64,000 bases of DNA from Eledone cirrhosa (taxonomy: Eukaryota): assembly GCA_964016885.1 (NCBI GenBank), contig OZ024742.1:127348001-127412000 (forward strand), given 5' to 3'. The notes under the pieces were generated by a model. The model had not been told where the DNA came from and ran no database searches. It saw only the letters and a list, made by a program, of their open reading frames with translations. A program made the position numbers and the translations under genes. Positions 57,882 to 64,000 of the stretch are shown here, piece after piece (the stretch's first letter is position 1; each line of letters begins with the position of its first letter).

Positions 57882-58112
57882 ATAATCGATCTATCTCATT
57901 GAAACATGTGTCGTGATTGGAATTTTACCTTGCCTTCGGATTTTCATTTTGATACTTATACTCCGTTTTACATCATCTAGCTGTTCCCTCGAATGGAATT
58001 GGAGATATACAAAAGCGTGGAGAACTTAATATTGCTAACATAAAGTTATTGGACCATTTTACACAACCAATAATGCACCTTACTATATAACAACTATATA
58101 TATATATATATG

Positions 58113-58789
58113 TATATTAAATGTTTATATTGAGTTAGGAACTCAAAATAGTCTCTTAAAACAAAATAGCTCTAAGAAAGAGATATTTCTGAGCCGTATA
58201 TTATAATAGAATATAAAAGAAAAGCGAACACAGATATATAGATATATGTGTTCAAATCGTAAGGGACCCGATTCGCTAAGGTGAAAAGAATACTAACTAT
58301 AGATAATTGGGTTCGCTTGTCTCAATTTAAGAAAAAATTAAGAAAATAAATACAAACCGGAATTGTGGTAACTACCAATCACCCAGACAACTTCTTGTTT
58401 CGCAGAGTTAATTGTGAATAGAAATACTAATCCAAGCTCATCAGTAGGTGATGAATTAGTATCCTAGACACATCTATGTATGCTATATATAAAAAATAAA
58501 ACAGCGCACATGGCATTCTAGTGAGTTTCACAAACCCACACCACTAGAAATAGAAGCCAGGCTTACTCAACATTTGAAATAGCTCAACAAATTAACGGAG
58601 CCGAATATATTAAATGTATATATTGTGTTAGAAACTCAAAATAGTCTCTTACAACAAAATAGCTCCAAGAAAGAGATATTTCTGAGCCGTATATTATAAT
58701 AAAATATAAAAGAAAAGCGAACACAGATATATAGATATATGTGTTCAAATCAAGTAAGCCTGGCTGCTATTTCTAGTGGTGTGGGTTTC
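58113..58789 (-). mobile_element. Hammerhead-bearing ~493-bp tandem unit with short terminal inversion (retrozyme/PLE pseudo-LTR, family D)
   Basis: 58113-58258 repeated at 58606-58751; 58752-58789 inverts 58531-58567; abuts (TA)n. Confidence 0.8.
58379..58451 (-). ncRNA. Type I hammerhead ribozyme (family D), canonical GUC site
   Basis: - strand: tcaccta-CTGATGA-gc...gc-GAAA-caa gaag ttg-TC-tgggtga; 7-bp stem I, 4-bp stem III. Confidence 0.85.
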
Positions 58790-59790
58790 AGCTATGAGGA
58801 CCAGATCATCGGAATACAGAAGTTCCCATAGGTAACCAGTCTTAAACACCTGTTATGACCTAGAGGACTAAGATAAACAGGAGTAGTATAAGAACTGGGC
58901 CCTGATGCACTCCTACCTGTACTTTTCATTCTTCACTAAACTCACAGCTCTGTACATGGCTTGCACTGCTCTTACAAGCGACTCTTCTGCCCCTAGTTTC
59001 TTTAAGGAAAACCAGATGACCTATTGGAGTACTCTGTCAAAGGATTTCTGTAGATCAACAAAAGCTAGTTAAGAACTCTTAAAGAGGGCATCCATGGTAC
59101 TTCTCCCTGCTATAAAACAGAATTGCATCTCATCTAATTTGACTCTTCCTAATTAGCTGTGCTAGAACTCTTCTGTCACTTTCAAAATTTGAGCCACTAG
59201 TTTTATACGATTGTACTAATTAATGATTATGCTGCTGCATCATTCATTGGTTATGACTCTGTACAGTATTATCTGATTAATTATACAGGTGACTAGTTCA
59301 ACTACTTTCCTGGATGCTCTCAGCATTTCAGATGGACCTGCGACTTTACCATTTTCATCTCTTTCGTCCCTATATCTGTCAATTTCAATAACTGGTTGCT
59401 CTGCTGGGTCAGTTGGCGGGTAGTCTCACTTCCTCCCATTCATCCTCCACATTCATTAACCTCTCATAGCATTTCCAGGACTCTTCTGAGTATCAGTGTT
59501 GCTATGTGCACCAGTGTTATTTCTAACACTTTTCCCCAACAATATCCTGATTTACACTAACTTGCAACATGGAACACCACATGCCTCTGATTTTCAAGTC
59601 ACAAGATATTGGCAAACCTCCTCCTTTCAGCCTCTTTTTGTGCTATGTATCCCTGTCGCCTAGCCTCTCTTTTAGCTAGCAGGTACTGGTCTTTCCACAC
59701 CCGTCTCTTGACTATAATGGCTCTATCTACCGAGCTGTTCCACCACCAAGTCACCCTCTGTCTGGGTGGTACTTTGCTCCAACCACAAGC
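58790..59790 (-). mobile_element. Heavily decayed RTE-clade LINE
   Basis: Degenerate homology to the other RTE copies (KREARRQ, VDL.K.FDRV, PWEL). Confidence 0.75.
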
Positions 59791-59803
59791 CTTTTCAGTA
59801 GTA

Positions 59804-59834
<31 letters not shown>

Positions 59835-59837
<3 letters not shown>

Positions 59838-60420
59838 CACCTAGCCCACACTGTAAAGTGGTTGTTTTGGTGCCATAATAAAAAGTACCCAATACACACT
59901 GTAAATGTGGCTGATGTTAGGAAGGGCATCCAGCTGTAGATACCAAGCCCAAATCAGTTTTGTATGAGCAAGTCAGTCATCTGATCTGTCTTGTCTTACA
60001 TTTATAGTGTGTGCTGGGTGCTTTTTGCTGTGTCTCCTACACAACCACTTTACATACATATGCCCAATGTTACCATGGAAAATAGATGTTAAACAATGAT
60101 GATATATACATCATTTTTACGTCCGTTTTTCCATGCTTGCAAAGATTAGATGAGTCCTTTTCAGCACAGCACACGTCATAATCCTTCAGCATCTTCACCG
60201 AGTTTCAGTCATTTCAGATCAGCTCTCACCACCTCTGTCCAGGACTTTGTTTACCACTACTGCGGCTTCCTTCCACTGGCACTTCTGTACTCATCGATCA
60301 TCATCCATGCGCATCACATGTCCATACCAACACAGTCTTCTCTCCTGCACACCACCTCAGATTCTTCTTAAACCCAACTTCTCCCTTAATTCATCCAAGC
60401 TCTGCCTTTCTCTTGCATTT
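59835..60420. mobile_element. RTE 3'-UTR-derived repeat (+) and old RTE 3' fragment (-)
   Basis: gttaggaagggcatccagctgtaga motif; catgcgcatcacatgtccatacca (WYGHVMRM) on the - strand. Confidence 0.65.
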
Positions 60421-60903
60421 ACACGCGTGCGTGCGTGCGTATATAAAAAATGCTAAATGATAATATAATTAAAAATTTGAAAATGTGAGCGTTCCATACA
60501 CAAATGCTAACTGTATTAACAGTCGATCACTATAGATAATAGTTGATAAAATTGGTAAATTATCCTTGAAGAAAGAAAAATATATTCCACTACATATGTC
60601 CCTTGTTCTTTGGTGTTACCCTGTTCAGTCTCCTTAAATATAATGGCAATCTGCCCAATTGCAGTTGGGTCTACTTTCGGATGTCTCCCATTGAAAGTAT
60701 GCCTGTCATCAGCCTTCTACCACCTCTCTTTACAAGTCTCACCTATTCAGTCCCAGGTTGATATTCAACTGGAATGCAAAGCATCCATCCCTGCTATAAG
60801 GACATTTGTGAGCATTCATTCCGAGTTGCTCAGGGTAGTTTTCACGTTTGATCTAAAAAGGGGAGCACTCATTCCGAGTTCAAAGTAGTTTTCACCCTTG
60901 ATC

Positions 60904-60947
<44 letters not shown>

Positions 60948-62016
60948 TCAATTAATCAGATGTGCTGTCATCCTCACCTCAGTGAAAGAAAAGGCTCCAG
61001 AAGTATCACTTTTCTTGTCAAAATTATTGAGGGATCTCTCATCTCTTTCATGACCAATGAATTCTTTTTAACTCATGCATTTAGTAGGGCAACCGCTTCA
61101 GTTCTGCACTGTTCACACTAGTTGTTAATGATATGGTAATGTTGATGTCTTACTTAAATTTTAATGTTTGATACTTACTGATACTTGTTTCAGGGAACCC
61201 CAAATAGAGTCCTTGCTACAGATTAGTTGATTGAAGAACTTAGTTGTTGAGGCCTTCAAGTTAATGGTTCAAAATGTGAACTTTGGAAATTTAATCATCC
61301 ATTTTCACAATACCAGATTTGGTGGATATATTCATTGAATTGTTTGCTTGCAGCAAAATTCCTCCATCACCATAATACTCCTTTAGAACCCCAATCTTGT
61401 TTGAGCCCTATCTCTAAGATGTCAGATCTTCATTAATTAAAAACAATGTAACTGATCTTCAAAGATATACATTCTTAGGATAATCCTTCATTTAGATTCT
61501 GAGTCTGCAATGTTTTGATGACTTCACTATTAACATTCTGTATTTAGCAGAAAACATTTAAAAACATGTTTGACAATCCAAATATTTATACTATCTTTAC
61601 TGGTGGACACGTGAAAATTTGCAGCATTAGAGTAAAGATTAATGCAGTCATTGTACTGTTTTATACATTTCAAAAATGTCTTGTTACTGCAGTTTCATGT
61701 GATATAGGATGTTAAGAGTTAATCAAATGAAGTGCTGTTTCATGTGGTACAGGATGTTAAGAGAATCTAATGAAGTAAAACATGGCCATTCCTATTTTTA
61801 CATACTATTAAAGTGAAACTGAACTTTGAAGAAAGAAAATCAAAAACCAAAACAAACAACAAAATATACTTTTTTTCTGTATACAGTATACTTGATACTA
61901 GATTTACATCTGATGGGAGGGTTTACTTTGGGAAATAGAATTACACATGAAGTTGTGAATAGTTCATTAAAACCTCGTTGATCCAATCGATCTTGTATTT
62001 ATATACAAACAATTAA

Positions 62017-62239
62017 CCCTTTAGCATTTACATTATTCTATATATATACTATTGTATTTTCACAGTAAACACTTTATTTCACATAATTATCTCACATAAT
62101 ATTGAATCTACGAGATTTTGATACTGTTTATTTTGAGAACAATACCGTAACATCAGTATGAGCAACTGTTTACAGCCAGTTTGAACAGAAAGAGGTGAGA
62201 GAATTCTGGCTAGATATGGCCGATTTAAATCTTAATGGG
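62017..62239. mobile_element. piggyBac-type MITE
   Basis: TTAA on both sides, CCC...GGG ends, imperfect TIR ccctttagcattta / taaatcttaatggg. Confidence 0.7.
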
Positions 62240-62440
62240 TTAAGGTGGGTTGAGGCTTGCTAAAAAGATTCTGGTGACTGTCTGAAACTAAGGACCAGAT
62301 TTAGACCTTGGGGAACCCAGGGCTGTTCAGGATTGTACACACACACGTGAGCAAGGAGAGGGAGGGGGGACAAGTGAGACTGAATAGTTAGGAAAAGATC
62401 TGAATTTCTTCAAATACATCAGCTCACTACCAGGTCATGA

Positions 62441-62631
62441 GGTCAAATAATTGTTTCTACTTTAGGCACAAGGCCAGCAATTACCCAGTGCATTACTGGT
62501 ACTTTATTTTATCGACCCCGTAAGGATGAAAGGCAAAGTCAACCTCGGCGGGATGGTCAAATAATTGTTTCTACTTTAGGCACAAGGCCAGCAATTACCC
62601 AGTGCATTACTGGTACTTTATGGTCAAATAA
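62441..62631 (-). mobile_element. SINE 3' fragment (Meta-domain-like) with partial tandem duplication
   Basis: Two copies of ggtcaaataattgtttctactttaggcacaaggccagc. Confidence 0.75.
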
Positions 62632-64000
62632 TGGTAGTAGTAAAGGAATGGCTATTGTGTACATACACACAAACGCAAGCATATAACCACCCATACACTC
62701 ACACATCAAGTACCATCATTGATAAACTATACATACACTCATATTCATGTGCACATATACATCATATACACCCACTGCTGCCAATAAATCTGGCCCTGTC
62801 TGGAACAAATGATATTCTATTCTCTTCATACCGGCTTTATACACATGTGGAAAGTTAAATTTAGCAACAGCTCCTAGTTAATTTCATTTTCTACATGAAT
62901 TCTATATCTTTATTTCATTTAATTTTCATTTCAAATAATCAAATTAAACTTTCATTTTCGGAGAGGGGCTGTAGTTATACTTTGAACTTTCAAATACTGT
63001 TGAAAATCGATTTTAGCTTTCATCCCTCCACAAATAAGTACCAATAATTATACAGTATCTAAATTTATTGGGCCAAACATATCTATAAATACATTTATAA
63101 TAAATTTCTTTCACTAAAATAAGGAAAAAAGGTGGGAAGAAGACCTACACACTTAATCACATACCACAATCCTCTAATAATTTTTGGGGAAAGCCAACAG
63201 ATTAACAGCATTGTCACAAGAGATAGTGAGGCTAAGGTGCTTGAATAACCAAGCACCCTTGCGGACATCATTGGTAAAGCTAGCTCCCAACAATAACAAA
63301 AACTTAGAAGCTGAAAAAAATAGTTTCATTTTTTACCATTTGGCCATGGGAGCAGTAACCTTCACCTTTTTAACAGCATCCAGATGTGAGGAGTAAGAGA
63401 GATGCTTACTGTGGTGTCCCAAATGAGACATCAACTTTTTACCCAAGGAAAAAGGTAAGACAATCTGATTTGAACAATCCAGCTGGCTCCAGAACTGAAG
63501 GAATATTTCCCCAAGCCATGGGTTCAGCTCAGTCTTACAAGCATAACAACCTAAATGCAGGTAGCAAAACAACCCAGAAGACCTGTGGATTTAAGGGAAC
63601 TCCCACAATGACATTTCACCCCCACCCCCATGGAGATGCAGAGCTCATCCAGACTGTAGATCACTAATGTTGACCTAGACTGTGTAGACCACTAATGTTG
63701 GCCAAAAACTTTGCACTTGCAGAAAGTAGGCAGCACCTTGAGAATTAATCAGATTTATCAAAAAGAGAGATGAGGTGTCTCTTGATCATAAGTTGCCCTA
63801 CACTTTCTGCTTCAATCTATCCTCTTCTGTACCAAGAAATAACAAAAGCAGCTTCCTCCACTGTAGTAGAGTTGCATGCACCTCAATGTTGGAAAGCGCA
63901 GATGTTACCCACTAGGGAAGGGGACGAACATGGATGGAAAAAAAGCATGAAATTCACATATACCTTCCCTTTGTTGAAAAAATATTGTATTTTTTAATCA

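Noticed and set aside
56495-57916. Duplicated MNNNTDTING.. ORFs
   Set aside because: Non-ATG starts; they are mirror images from the inverted repeat with no recognisable domain
60820-60943. 37-nt poly(A) preceded by a ~45-bp imperfect tandem repeat, as a possible retrocopy tail
   Set aside because: No TSD, polyadenylation signal or identifiable upstream element could be found

Overview
AT-rich, repeat-saturated eukaryotic DNA, most likely from an octopus or other coleoid cephalopod (inferred from the tRNA/Meta-type SINEs and the RTE LINE family with (ATG)n tails). Only one convincing host gene is present: an intronless phospholipid scramblase (16830-17654, - strand). The rest is a decayed Helitron, a Tc1, a Merlin-type foldback, a solo LTR, SINEs, about ten RTE/CR1-type LINE fragments and multi-kb compound (TA)n microsatellites. 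Between ~18.6 and ~58.8 kb, mostly inside the (TA)n tracts, I can read at least 13 full-core type-I hammerhead ribozyme motifs (stem I-CUGANGA-stem II-GAAA-stem III-UH-stem I'; a few degenerate) from about eight unrelated sequence families, plus several half motifs. They sit in ~470-495 bp ORF-less tandem or inverted units (retrozyme or Penelope pseudo-LTR-like) and next to Penelope ORF remnants. Several form foldback palindromes from 55 bp to ~1.5 kb per arm, one centred exactly on a hammerhead stem II. All structure calls were made by eye, and ribozyme activity is untested.
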